Assembly: GCA_016196755.1 (NCBI GenBank)
Contig: JACPXC010000010.1
Coordinates: forward strand, 7,802-71,801
Length of the DNA: 64,000 bases
Source: Elusimicrobiota bacterium
Lineage (GTDB): Bacteria > Elusimicrobiota > Elusimicrobia > UBA1565
Direction of reading: 5' to 3'
Below the pieces are notes generated by a model, which did not search any database, was not told the origin of the DNA, and saw only the letters and a list, made by a program, of their open reading frames with translations. This document shows, in pieces, positions 49,458 through 59,410 of the stretch. How positions within the stretch are numbered: the stretch's first letter is position 1; every line of letters begins with the position of its first letter. The translations under genes were made by a program, and so were the position numbers.

Positions 49458-50963
49458 TTATCCGAGGGCTCGTTTAAGTAACCGACTAAGTGCTTCCGAC
49501 AGGCCTGATTCCAGTAGTTCCTCTAACTCGCCCGCCCTATGGTCTAATGCATCCGTGGACTCGGTATACACGAAGCGAAACGCGTCAGTCGTTGTGCGAA
49601 TTCTTTCTCGAATGGATTCGCGCGAAGGCCCTTCGACTGCAATGTCTTCCATTTCGCCAAACGTTGTTACAGCCATTACCCCAGCATCTTTGCCGGCTCC
49701 ATGGATTGAGACAACGAATCGAAGCTGTATCCCATCAAGCCGAAGACGCAGTTGAGTCCAGGCAGTAAAAAATGAGAAATCCGCGAAATGTCCAGCTTCA
49801 TGCGCCGAGTCAATAATCTGCACTCGGAACCAGGAACTCATCGGGTCGGGCGGTTTTTTGCTGTCGACAAGGAAATTAGGCTTATGACCTCGCTCGGCAA
49901 GAATTCTTTTCAACTCACCTGCGCGGCGCTTGCACCATGCGTCAATCCTTCCATGAATCCCAATCGCCCGCGCTTCAAGTGCTTTCTGTCTCTTAGTGAG
50001 CTTTCTGTTCTTTAGCTCGGCCAATTGGTCGGCTAACGTATGAGCGATATCGAGGGAAAGAGCCTTGGACTCGACCTGAGGAGGACTCTCTAACTCACCC
50101 GTCAATCCGGCACTTTCAAGACGGATGAAGAGCTTTATCAACTTGTTTAAGTCACCATCATTGGCCGCATCAAGAGCCTTGATGTAATCCTCTCTATGAA
50201 ATCGGTCGACAACGAGAGGCGCAAACTTATGCCGTTCAAGGACGAGCATGGTCAAAGCGCGGGCTACTCTGCCGTTCCCATCTGCAAAAGGGTGGATTCG
50301 AACGAAAGAGTGGTGCATCCAGGCGGCTTTGATGATTGGATGAATATTGTTGTTGGAGTCGAGAATCTCAAAACAATCCACCAAGTGATCCATCTCAGAG
50401 GCGACATGTTCAGGTGGCGTGTACTCAAGAAGTATGTCATCGCTTCTCAAAACATGGTTGGCCTGGGTTTTCCATGCGCCATGGTCTAGGGCAACATCTA
50501 TGGGGATTCCGCGAGCATCGTGCGCCATGTACGTCGCCTGGGTTCGAGTCAGGGAAACGTGCAATTCTTTAATGAATGACGTTGAAAGTTGCCTCGAGTT
50601 GCGAACAAAGTCCAAAACCATTTCCAAGCTGTCACGCTGAGCTTTAAGCGTTTCAACTGTTCGCTCATCGATTTGTCCGCCGGTTCGCTCGATAACATCT
50701 TTTGAAAATCCCTCCGCCACAAGCGTAAGGGTTAGGCCCCACTCGATATTGTAAAGGCGTTCGATAATCCCAGTTTCAATTGCAAGACGACGCAGCGTTC
50801 GTTGACGAATTCTTACAATTTCTGGCTCGGGCAGGCCGGAGAGATAGGTTGCCCATGCTTGCCGCAATGCATCTAGTGCCGCGATGGAACCGTTTGTTTC
50901 AACCTTGCCTGGATCCAACGCTTGAATGCGTTGCCAAGGGATTGTCTTGCTAGGAGTATTCAT
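49458..50963 (-). CDS. Fic-family protein (FIC domain HPFxDGNGR; N-terminal inhibitory-helix motif TxxxEG) with ~200-aa C-terminal extension, on a low-GC island
   Basis: Catalytic motif HPFADGNGRVAR and upstream TLVAEG ([ST]xxxE[GN]) motif. 501 aa. Gene and its ~100-bp flanks are ~50% GC versus ~70% in the neighbours. Confidence 0.85.
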   Translation of the reverse strand: MNTPSKTIPWQRIQALDPGKVETNGSIAALDALRQAWATYLSGLPEPEIVRIRQRTLRRLAIETGIIERLYNIEWGLTLTLVAEGFSKDVIERTGGQIDERTVETLKAQRDSLEMVLDFVRNSRQLSTSFIKELHVSLTRTQATYMAHDARGIPIDVALDHGAWKTQANHVLRSDDILLEYTPPEHVASEMDHLVDCFEILDSNNNIHPIIKAAWMHHSFVRIHPFADGNGRVARALTMLVLERHKFAPLVVDRFHREDYIKALDAANDGDLNKLIKLFIRLESAGLTGELESPPQVESKALSLDIAHTLADQLAELKNRKLTKRQKALEARAIGIHGRIDAWCKRRAGELKRILAERGHKPNFLVDSKKPPDPMSSWFRVQIIDSAHEAGHFADFSFFTAWTQLRLRLDGIQLRFVVSIHGAGKDAGVMAVTTFGEMEDIAVEGPSRESIRERIRTTTDAFRFVYTESTDALDHRAGELEELLESGLSEALSRLLKRALG

Positions 50964-51081
50964 CGTTGATTGAGCTCGCGATTTTACAAATTATGGCTGC
51001 TTCCCGCCCCCCAGTTCCTATCCAAAAGGTCTAACTGGGTCAATCGGCATGAACCGGAATATAATCCGCTCATGAACTAAT

Positions 51082-52137
51082 TCAGAGGATGAGCATCGCA
51101 TCCCCATAAGAAAAGAGACGATATCGTTTTGCGACGGCTTCCCAATAGGCGTCAAACAGCCGCTCCTTGCCCGCGAAGGCGCACGCCAATAGAAGCGGCG
51201 TCGAGGCCGGCTGGTGAAAGTTGGTCTGCAGGACGTCGACCGCCTTAAACATGTGGCCCGGCAGGATATAGAGGGAGGTCTCCCCTGATAACGGAGCGGC
51301 CGGTCCGACCCCGACCCCTTTGGCGAAAACAGTCTCAAGCGTCCGCGTGGCCGTCGTCCCGACCGCCACGACCCGGCCGCCGCGCGCCTTGGCGGCCTTG
51401 ATAGTCTCCGCGGCCGCGGCGGGCACCTCGTAGCGCTCCGGGAGCATCTCATGGAGGCGGGCGTCCTCGGCGACGATGGGCCGGAATGTGCCGAGCCCCA
51501 CGTGGAGCACGAGTTCGGCGGTAGCCACGCCGCGCGCCGCCAAGGCGGCCAGGACCTCCGCGCTATAGTGGAGGCCGGCCGTAGGCGCGGCCAGGGAGCC
51601 CGGCTCGCGGGCATAGACGGTCTGGTAGCGGGCCTTGTCCTCGGCGCCCGATGCCGGAGCGCCCGAGCGCCGCCGCCGCGAGCGGATGTAGGGCGGCAGG
51701 GGGGGCAGCCCGACGGCCTCCAGCAGGGCCCGGACCTCGGGCGTCGAGAAGCGGACGAGCCAGGTTCCTTCCGGAGTCCGGGACTCGACGTCGGCCGTCA
51801 CGCCGAGGCCGAACTCGAGCCGGACGCCGGGCTTGAGGCCGTTGCACAGGGCGGTCCATAGCCCCGGGGCGGACTCGGCGATGACCAGCAGCTCGGCCGC
51901 GCCGCCGGTGGTCTTGCGCCCGACGAGGCGCGCGGGCACGACCTTCGAGCGGTTGAGGACGACGCAGTCGCCGGGCGAGAGCAGGGAGGGCAACTCGCGG
52001 AAAGTCCGGTGCTCGAGGCCTCCGGCGCGCCGGACCACGAGCAGACGCGAGGCGTCCCGGTCCGCGGCGGGGGCGGCGGCGACCAGCTCCTCGGGGAACT
52101 CGAACTCGTACTCCGAGCGGGGCAGGGGCTCCGTCAC
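51082..52137 (-). CDS. queA: S-adenosylmethionine:tRNA ribosyltransferase-isomerase
   Basis: QueA family sequence (...PPLPPYI...GLHYS...VGTTATRTLE). GTG start at 52137 overlaps the upstream stop (GTGA). The 526-aa track ORF is an artefact. Confidence 0.85.
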   Translation of the reverse strand: MTEPLPRSEYEFEFPEELVAAAPAADRDASRLLVVRRAGGLEHRTFRELPSLLSPGDCVVLNRSKVVPARLVGRKTTGGAAELLVIAESAPGLWTALCNGLKPGVRLEFGLGVTADVESRTPEGTWLVRFSTPEVRALLEAVGLPPLPPYIRSRRRRSGAPASGAEDKARYQTVYAREPGSLAAPTAGLHYSAEVLAALAARGVATAELVLHVGLGTFRPIVAEDARLHEMLPERYEVPAAAAETIKAAKARGGRVVAVGTTATRTLETVFAKGVGVGPAAPLSGETSLYILPGHMFKAVDVLQTNFHQPASTPLLLACAFAGKERLFDAYWEAVAKRYRLFSYGDAMLIL

Positions 52138-53296
52138 TCGCCGGCCTGCTCGAGGTCGGCGCCCGGGAAGTAGAGGGCGAGGATCTGCTCGTAATCGCGG
52201 CCGGCCTCGGCCTGGCCGCGCGCGCCCCACTGGCAGAGGCCGACGCCGTGGCCGTAGCCGCGCCCCTCGAAGTCGAAGCCTTTGCGCCGCTCGCGGATCG
52301 CCTCGAAGCGGACGCTCTTTAAGTCCTTGGTCCCCAGCCAGCGCCGGAACTGGTTCGCGCTGACGCGCGACCAGCCGGCCTCGGTCTTGAGGCGCAGCTC
52401 CTTGAGCCAGCCGGCCCTGCCGCGCCGGCCCTCCCGGACGTCCAGGAGCTGGGCCACGGTCAGCCCGTTGCGGTTGAGCGCGGCGACGATGTCCGTGCGG
52501 GGGAAGTAGGCCTCCCAGCGGTAGTGCGGCGAGGCCTTGCACCAGCGGTCCTTGACCCCGGCCAGGGGCGCGTCGGAGTCGCCGCCCCAGACCTCGGCCG
52601 GGTCGCTGGTATGCCCGCCGCAAGTCGAGTGAAAGTAGACTCTGAGCGGCTTGCCGCGCCAAGACAGGGTCTCGCCGGCGGTGGCGCGCACGGCCTGGCG
52701 GACCCGCTCGGACTCGGTGGTCAGGCCGGTGTAGACCTGGCTCAGCGTGTCGTCGGTCAGGTCGAAGCCGGCGGCCTCGTGCTTGCCGAGGCTGTTGAGC
52801 GCGAAGGTGCGCGAGACCACGGCCTGGGCCTTGAGCGCCTCGAGCGGCCAGTCCGGGCTCATCTCGTGGGGCAGGACGCCGAACAGGTACTCCTCGAGGC
52901 CTAGCTCATCGACCACGGTGAGCGTGCCGTCGGGATTGGGGCGGAAGACCAGGTTGCCGCGGTACTTGCGGGCCCCGATCGACACGAAGTCGTCGGGACC
53001 GCCCGGCAGGAGGCGGGCCGGCCCCTTCATGAGGTGCGGCCCGAAGACCAGCCCGGGCTTCGCCGCCACGCTCTCGGCCTCGACCGGGTAGTCGCGCCCC
53101 GAGACCAGGCTGACCAGCTCGCCGGTGGCCTGGTCGATGGCCTTGAAGGCGCCCGAGGGGCGGAAGGTCGCCGACGGCGCCGAGGCGAGTATGCCCACCG
53201 CGATGATGCGGTCGGCCCGGCGCGCCGCGGAGGATTCGGCGCCGGCCGGAGCTCCCGGCCCCGTTAGGGCCAGGAGCAGCGCCGGGACCAGCGCCC

Positions 53297-53300
<4 letters not shown>
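52134..53300 (-). CDS. SpoIID/LytB-domain protein (amidase enhancer-like), secreted
   Basis: Signal peptide [14 protein letters not shown]. SpoIID-like motifs (AQAVVSRTF; [10 protein letters not shown]). 388 aa. Confidence 0.75.
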
Positions 53301-54318
<1,018 letters not shown>

Positions 54319-54322
<4 letters not shown>

Positions 54323-54930
54323 AGTCTCCTCAGGGACAGACGGACCAGTTCTTCGACGGCGGCCTCGCGCCCTTCGAGGTCGCGGGCCACCGAATCCAAA
54401 GCCAGGCGCGACTCAGCGGGTTTGTAGCCAAGGGCTGCCAGCGCCTCGAGGGCGCGGGCCTGCGGGCCGGAGGCGGGGGTCGGGGAATCGTAGCGGGGCG
54501 CCGGACCGGCGGAGGGCAGGCCGACCTTGTCCTTGAGTGCGGCGACCATCTTCTCGGCGGTCTTGCGCGAGAAGCCGAACACCTTGACTAGGCCGGGGAC
54601 GTCGTTGGCCGCCAGCGCGCGCAGGAACTCGGGCTGGGAGCGGGAGGCCTTGTCGAGCGCCTCGAGGGCCTTCTTGGCGCCCGTGCCGGGGATCTCCCGA
54701 AGGAGCAGGAAGAGCGCCTTCTCGTCGCTCGAGAGAAAGCCGTAGAGGGTCGTGCCGCCGCCGTAGAGCGCGGTCGACTCGCAGACGTGCAGGAAGGCGG
54801 GGCTGCCGGGGGCGGGCAAGCGCGAGGCGGTGTGGGGCGTGACCGAGACCTCGTAGCCCACGCCGCCGGCCTCCACGATGACGCGCGCGCCGTCGCGCTC
54901 GACGACGGGGCCGCGCAGGGTGGCGATCAC
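54319..54930 (-). CDS. ruvA: Holliday junction branch migration protein RuvA
   Basis: [13 protein letters not shown]-terminus, HhH motifs. 203 aa. Between ruvC and ruvB. Confidence 0.9.
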
Positions 54931-55442
54931 TTTCGGCCCCCGACCCGGTCGAGGACCCGCAGGCCCCGGATCCGGCCGGCGCGCATATGGCAGAGGGCGA
55001 TGGCGGCCGCGTCGGCCGTGTCGTCGGGGCGCATAGGCTCGGCCAGCTTGAGCGCCACCTGGGTCATGCGCTGCATCTGGGCCTTCGCCGCGCTCCCGGA
55101 GCCCGTGATCGCCATCTTCACCTGGCGGGGATTGTACTCGCGGACCTCGAGGCCGGCCTGGGCCGCGGCCAAGAGGACTACGCCGCGGGCCTGCAGGGTG
55201 GCGCGCACGGTGTGGGCGATCTGGACGAAGAACATCTCCTCGACGGCCACCGAGGCCGGAGCGTGGTCCTTTAGGATGGCGCTCAAGGCCTGGTGGATGA
55301 TGCGCAGACGTTCCGCCAGAGGCGTGCGGGGCGAGGTCTTGAGGCAGCCCGAGTCGACGAGGCGCGGTCCGCCGTCGCCGGGCTCCAGCACCGCCCAGCC
55401 GGTCTCGGAGACGCCCGGGTCGATCCCTAGGACGCGGCTCAC
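54927..55442 (-). CDS. ruvC: Crossover junction endodeoxyribonuclease RuvC
   Basis: VLGIDPG N-terminus. RNase H-like catalytic residues. 171 aa. Confidence 0.9.
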   Translation of the reverse strand: MSRVLGIDPGVSETGWAVLEPGDGGPRLVDSGCLKTSPRTPLAERLRIIHQALSAILKDHAPASVAVEEMFFVQIAHTVRATLQARGVVLLAAAQAGLEVREYNPRQVKMAITGSGSAAKAQMQRMTQVALKLAEPMRPDDTADAAAIALCHMRAGRIRGLRVLDRVGGRK

Positions 55443-56191
55443 TATTTCTCGAGGGCCGCTAGGACTTCGTCCGGGATGTCGAAATTCGCGTAGACGTTGG
55501 CCACGTCATCGTGCTCCTCGAGCGCCTCGATGACCTTGAGGTTCTTCTCGGCGCCGGCGCGGTCGACCGTGACGGAAGTCTTGGGCAGCATGGCCACCTC
55601 GGCGGACTCCGGGGTGAGCCCCTTGGCCTTGAGGCCGTCGCGCACAGCCTCGAAAGAGTGCTGCGTGGTGAGGACCTCGTAGCCGGACTCGTCGGTCTTC
55701 ACGTCCTCGGCGCCCAGTTCCAGGGCCAACTCCAAGAACGCGTCCTCGGCCATCGCGGCGCGCGGCACGGCGATGACCCCGCGCTTCTCGAAGAGGAAGG
55801 CCACGCAGCCGGGCGTGCCCATGTTGCCGCCGTGGTTCTCGAAGATCCGCCGGATCTCGTTGGTCGTCCGGTTGCGGTTGTCGGTCGTGCCCTCGCAGTA
55901 GATGGCGATGCCGCCGGGGCCGTAGCCCTCCATCGTCAGCTCTTCATACACCACGCCTGGGATCTCGCCGGTGCCCTTCTGCACCGCGCGCTTCACGTTC
56001 TCAGCCGGCATGTTCACCGCGCGCGCGTCCTCGATGGCCTTGCGCAGGCGGGCGTTGGACTCCACCTTGCCGCCGCCGATCTTGGCGGCGATGGTGATCT
56101 CACGGGAGCACTTCGTCCAGACCTTGCCTTTCTTAGAGTCCTGTGCCGCCTTGCGATGCTTTATGTTGGCCCACTTGGAATGTCCACCCAT
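55442..56191 (-). CDS. yebC: YebC/PmpR family DNA-binding transcriptional regulator
   Basis: MGGHSKWANIKHRKAAQDSKKGK N-terminus. ATG at 56191. The track ORF begins at an upstream in-frame ATG, 56254. Confidence 0.9.
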   Translation of the reverse strand: MGGHSKWANIKHRKAAQDSKKGKVWTKCSREITIAAKIGGGKVESNARLRKAIEDARAVNMPAENVKRAVQKGTGEIPGVVYEELTMEGYGPGGIAIYCEGTTDNRNRTTNEIRRIFENHGGNMGTPGCVAFLFEKRGVIAVPRAAMAEDAFLELALELGAEDVKTDESGYEVLTTQHSFEAVRDGLKAKGLTPESAEVAMLPKTSVTVDRAGAEKNLKVIEALEEHDDVANVYANFDIPDEVLAALEK

Positions 56192-56223
56192 GGTCGCTCC
56201 TTGGTTGCACCGTCGAGACGCAA

Positions 56224-57210
56224 ATGATAACAAATCCGTCCATGACGGAAACATTCAAGCGTTCCCTCCAAGCGGCCCGTGAGGGAGCGGCCTACGCGCC
56301 CGCCGGCTCACCGGGATTGGTCTCGGTCCGCGGCGCCGGCCGCGCCGGCTTTCTGCACGGCCAGCTCTCGGCCGACGTGAAGTCCCTGGAGCAGGGCCGC
56401 GGCGTCCCGGCCTGCCTCTTGAACGTCCAAGGGAAGATCGTCAGCCCGCTGGGCCTCTTCGCGCTGGCCTCCGAGCATCTCATGACCGGCCCGCGCGAGT
56501 CGCTGCCCGCTGCCGCGGCCGCTTTGGCCAGGATGGCTCCGCTGGCCGACTGCGAGGTTGAGGATATGACGGGTCAACGTGCCGCTTGGCTCCTCATCGG
56601 CCCGCGCCGCGCGCTCGTGCTCGAGGCGCTGGCCGGCCGGCCCTGCGACCCCGGCGTCGACGGGGCGCGCACCATCCCGACCTCGGCCGGCGCGGCCCTG
56701 GTCCTGGCCGACTTCTTAGCCGGCCCCGAGGCCCATCTCGTGTTCGCGCCGCGCGGAGGCGAAGACCGTTTCGCCGGCATCCTGGCCGGCGCGGCCGAGA
56801 CCGCCGGCGCCCTGGAACTGCCGCCCGCCGCGCTCGAGGTCCTGCGCGTGGAGGCCGGCGCGGCGGCCTGGGGCCGCGAGGCCGGACCGGACTGCTTTCC
56901 TCAAGAGATAGGCCTGGAGCGCGCGGTCCAATCCAATAAAGGCTGCTACCTCGGCCAGGAGGTCATGGCCCGCCTTCGCGACCGCGGCCATGTGAACCGC
57001 GTGCTGGTCAGCCTCCTGTTGGATGCTCCCGCGGCTCCTGGCGACGCGCTCGAGGACGAGGATGGGCTGACCTTGGGCAGGCTGACCAGCGTGGCTCCTT
57101 CCGCCGCCGGCACTTTGGCGCTCGGGTTCATCAAGCCCGAGCGGGCCGCCGCGGGACAGCGCCTGGCCGTCCGCGCCGGGGCCGCGCGCGTGCCCGCGGT
57201 GGTCCGGTGA
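56224..57210 (+). CDS. Folate-binding protein YgfZ / aminomethyltransferase (GcvT)-like family protein
   Basis: GcvT/YgfZ-like fold indicators (KGCYLGQEVMARL). Divergent from yebC. Confidence 0.6.
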   Translation: MITNPSMTETFKRSLQAAREGAAYAPAGSPGLVSVRGAGRAGFLHGQLSADVKSLEQGRGVPACLLNVQGKIVSPLGLFALASEHLMTGPRESLPAAAAALARMAPLADCEVEDMTGQRAAWLLIGPRRALVLEALAGRPCDPGVDGARTIPTSAGAALVLADFLAGPEAHLVFAPRGGEDRFAGILAGAAETAGALELPPAALEVLRVEAGAAAWGREAGPDCFPQEIGLERAVQSNKGCYLGQEVMARLRDRGHVNRVLVSLLLDAPAAPGDALEDEDGLTLGRLTSVAPSAAGTLALGFIKPERAAAGQRLAVRAGAARVPAVVR

Positions 57211-57992
57211 ACCGTCGCGTCCTCGTCACCGGCGCCACCTCGGGGCTGGGCAAGGAACTCGCCGTCCAGCTGGCGCGGCGCGGCTGGAAGGTGGCGCTGA
57301 CGGGCCGCCGGCAGGCCCAGCTCGACGAAGCCGCCGCCGCCGTCAAGGCGGCGGGGGGGACCGCGCTGGCCCTGCTGGGAACGACCTCCGACGCCGCCGT
57401 CGTGAAGGACCACTACGCGCGCATCCGCAAGGAATGGGGCGGCCTCGACTGGGCCATACTCAACGCCGGCGTCGGGGGCCGCATGGACGCCAAGGCCTTC
57501 GAAGCCAAGAGCGTGGTCGACACCTTCGAGATCAACGTCTTCGGCGTGGCGTACTGGATGGAGGCCGTCCTCCCCGACATGGTGGCCGCCGGCTCCGGCA
57601 CTGTCGCCGCGGTGTCGAGCCTGGCCGGATACCGCGGATTTCCCGCCACCGGCCCCTACTCGGCCAGCAAGGCCGCCGTCAGTACCTTGCTCGAGTCGGC
57701 CCGCGTGGACCTGCTCGGCACCGGCGTGCGCGTCGTCACGCTCTGCCCGGGCTTCGTCAAGAGCGAGCTCACCGACCGCAACGACGCCAAGCAGATGCCG
57801 TTCCTGCTCGAGACGGAGGACGGCGTCCGCCGCATCATCGAGGGGGTCGAAGCGGGGCGGCGGGTCGTCCATTTTCCCTGGCAGCTCTCGCTCTTCGTGA
57901 TCTACGTCCTGCACAACCTCCCGGGCTGGTTCTACGACCGCATCTCCGCGCGCCTGCGCCGCAGCAAGCGGCCGCCCGCGCAACAGCCATGA
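57207..57992 (+). CDS. Short-chain dehydrogenase/reductase (SDR)
   Basis: TGATSGLG Rossmann motif and catalytic YSASK. GTG start overlaps the upstream stop. Confidence 0.85.
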   Translation: MNRRVLVTGATSGLGKELAVQLARRGWKVALTGRRQAQLDEAAAAVKAAGGTALALLGTTSDAAVVKDHYARIRKEWGGLDWAILNAGVGGRMDAKAFEAKSVVDTFEINVFGVAYWMEAVLPDMVAAGSGTVAAVSSLAGYRGFPATGPYSASKAAVSTLLESARVDLLGTGVRVVTLCPGFVKSELTDRNDAKQMPFLLETEDGVRRIIEGVEAGRRVVHFPWQLSLFVIYVLHNLPGWFYDRISARLRRSKRPPAQQP

Positions 57993-58003
57993 TATTGACC
58001 CCC

Positions 58004-58032
58004 GGGAGCCGCGCTCCTACAATGAACCCGCC
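58004..58032 (+). promoter_or_regulatory. Near-consensus sigma70-type promoter (TTGACC-17-TACAAT) upstream of tRNA-Arg; shares TGATATTGAC motif with pilin promoter
   Basis: TTGACC 58004-58009, 17-nt spacer, TACAAT 58027-58032. tRNA begins at 58042. Confidence 0.55.
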
Positions 58033-58041
58033 AGTCGCAAC

Positions 58042-58114
58042 GCGCCTGTAGCTCAACGGATAGAGCAGCGGTCTTCGGAACCGCTGATGGGGGTTCGATT
58101 CCCTCCAGGCGCAC
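58042..58114 (+). tRNA. tRNA-Arg (anticodon TCG)
   Basis: Cloverleaf read by hand: acceptor GCGCCTG/CAGGCGC, D-stem GCTC/GAGC, anticodon stem GCGGT/ACCGC with loop CTTCGGA (anticodon UCG), T-stem GGGGG/CCCTC with TTCGATT loop, discriminator A. No encoded CCA. Confidence 0.85.
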
Positions 58115-58118
58115 CCTA

Positions 58119-58210
58119 TATCTGGTGTCTATCTGGTGTCAGTGTTTCGGATGTTTCGGAAGTTCAGCTTACTTGCTGAACTTCCGAAACATCCGAAACA
58201 CTGACACCAG
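58119..58210 (+). terminator. Tandem 11-bp direct repeat (TATCTGGTGTC x2) followed by a 36-bp perfect-stem hairpin with 6-nt loop, immediately 3' of tRNA-Arg; possible terminator or element-attachment remnant
   Basis: 58133-58168 is the exact reverse complement of 58175-58210. No U-tract. Local GC is lower (~47%). Confidence 0.5.
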
Positions 58211-58219
58211 GGAGCTCCG

Positions 58220-59410
58220 ATGAGATTAACAATCCCGCAATCAATTTTCCTCGCGGCCGGCCTATTCTTCCTATTGTGCCCGGCGCCAGATACCGCCTCG
58301 GCTGCGAGCCGTTCCGCGAAGGAAGTGGAACAGGCTCGCGCCGCGCTTGGGGCCAAAGCGTTGGGACTCCTGCACAGAGCCATGGTACACGAGGATTCCG
58401 AGGCGAGGGTCATGGCCGCTGAGCAGTGGGGGCCGGTCGGCAACCCAGCGGCCAGATCGCTGCTCCGGCGCGCGCTCAAGGACGCCAGCCCCTACGTGCG
58501 CATCGCCGCCGCCGGCAGCCTGCTCGAGTTGGGCGACTCCTCGGGCGTCAAGGTCGTGGAGGCCGCCGCGCTCGAAGGCCCCCGCGGGGCCAAGACGGAC
58601 GGGCCCCTGGCCGCGATGGAGGAGCTGCGCGCCATCGCCCGCAACAAGATCCGGGCCACCGCCATCCGGGCCCTGGCCCACATGGCCGTCCCCGAGGCCT
58701 TGCCCACCCTGCGCAAGGCTTACGGCGAAGGCGACGCCGCCGTGCGCGACGCCGCCGCCGCCGGCCTGGCCCGGCTCGGCGACTCCACCGCCCTCGACCG
58801 GCTCTCGAAAGCCCTGGCCGACGAGGACCCCGGCGTGAGAACCAAGGCCGTGCAGGCCCTCACCGACGCCGCCACCCCGGCCGTCGTCGCTCTCGTTAAG
58901 CCCCTGGCCGAGGACCCGGTCTACCAGGTCCGCGCCGCGGTCATGGAGGCGCTCGGGGAGTCCGGCAGCCCGCTGGTCCTGCCCGAGCTCCTGGGCGGCC
59001 TGCGCGACCAAAACGAGATGGTGCGCTCGAAGGCCGTGGCGGCCCTTGGCCGTCTCGGGACCCCGGCGGCCGGCCAGTACCTCGAGGAGGCCAAGAAAGG
59101 GGCAGCCAACGTGTATATGGAGCTCCTCGCGGTGGCCGGCTTGGCCCGGCTCGGCGAACCGGTCGACCTGGCGCCGGCGCGGCGCGCCCTCTATCAGCCC
59201 GACGTGGACACGCGTCTTCTTGCCGTCGAGGTCCTCGAAGCCGCCGCGGGCCGCGCGCGGGCCAAGTCCTCCGAGGCCGACGAGACCGCCGCCCTCGAGG
59301 ATCTGGAGACAGCCCTCGACGACGCCGAGATGAAGGTCCGGGTGCGCGCCGCCGCGGCCTTGGTCCGCCTCCTTCAGAAGGCCCCCGCCAAGCCCGGAGC
59401 GCCGCGGTGA
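58220..59410 (+). CDS. HEAT/PBS-lyase-type repeat protein with signal peptide
   Basis: Signal MRLTIPQSIFLAAGLFFLLCPAPDTASA. Repeated ~30-aa units (VRIAAAGSLLELGD, VRDAAAAGLARLGD, VRTKAVQALTD). GGGAG SD. Confidence 0.65.
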   Translation: MRLTIPQSIFLAAGLFFLLCPAPDTASAASRSAKEVEQARAALGAKALGLLHRAMVHEDSEARVMAAEQWGPVGNPAARSLLRRALKDASPYVRIAAAGSLLELGDSSGVKVVEAAALEGPRGAKTDGPLAAMEELRAIARNKIRATAIRALAHMAVPEALPTLRKAYGEGDAAVRDAAAAGLARLGDSTALDRLSKALADEDPGVRTKAVQALTDAATPAVVALVKPLAEDPVYQVRAAVMEALGESGSPLVLPELLGGLRDQNEMVRSKAVAALGRLGTPAAGQYLEEAKKGAANVYMELLAVAGLARLGEPVDLAPARRALYQPDVDTRLLAVEVLEAAAGRARAKSSEADETAALEDLETALDDAEMKVRVRAAAALVRLLQKAPAKPGAPR

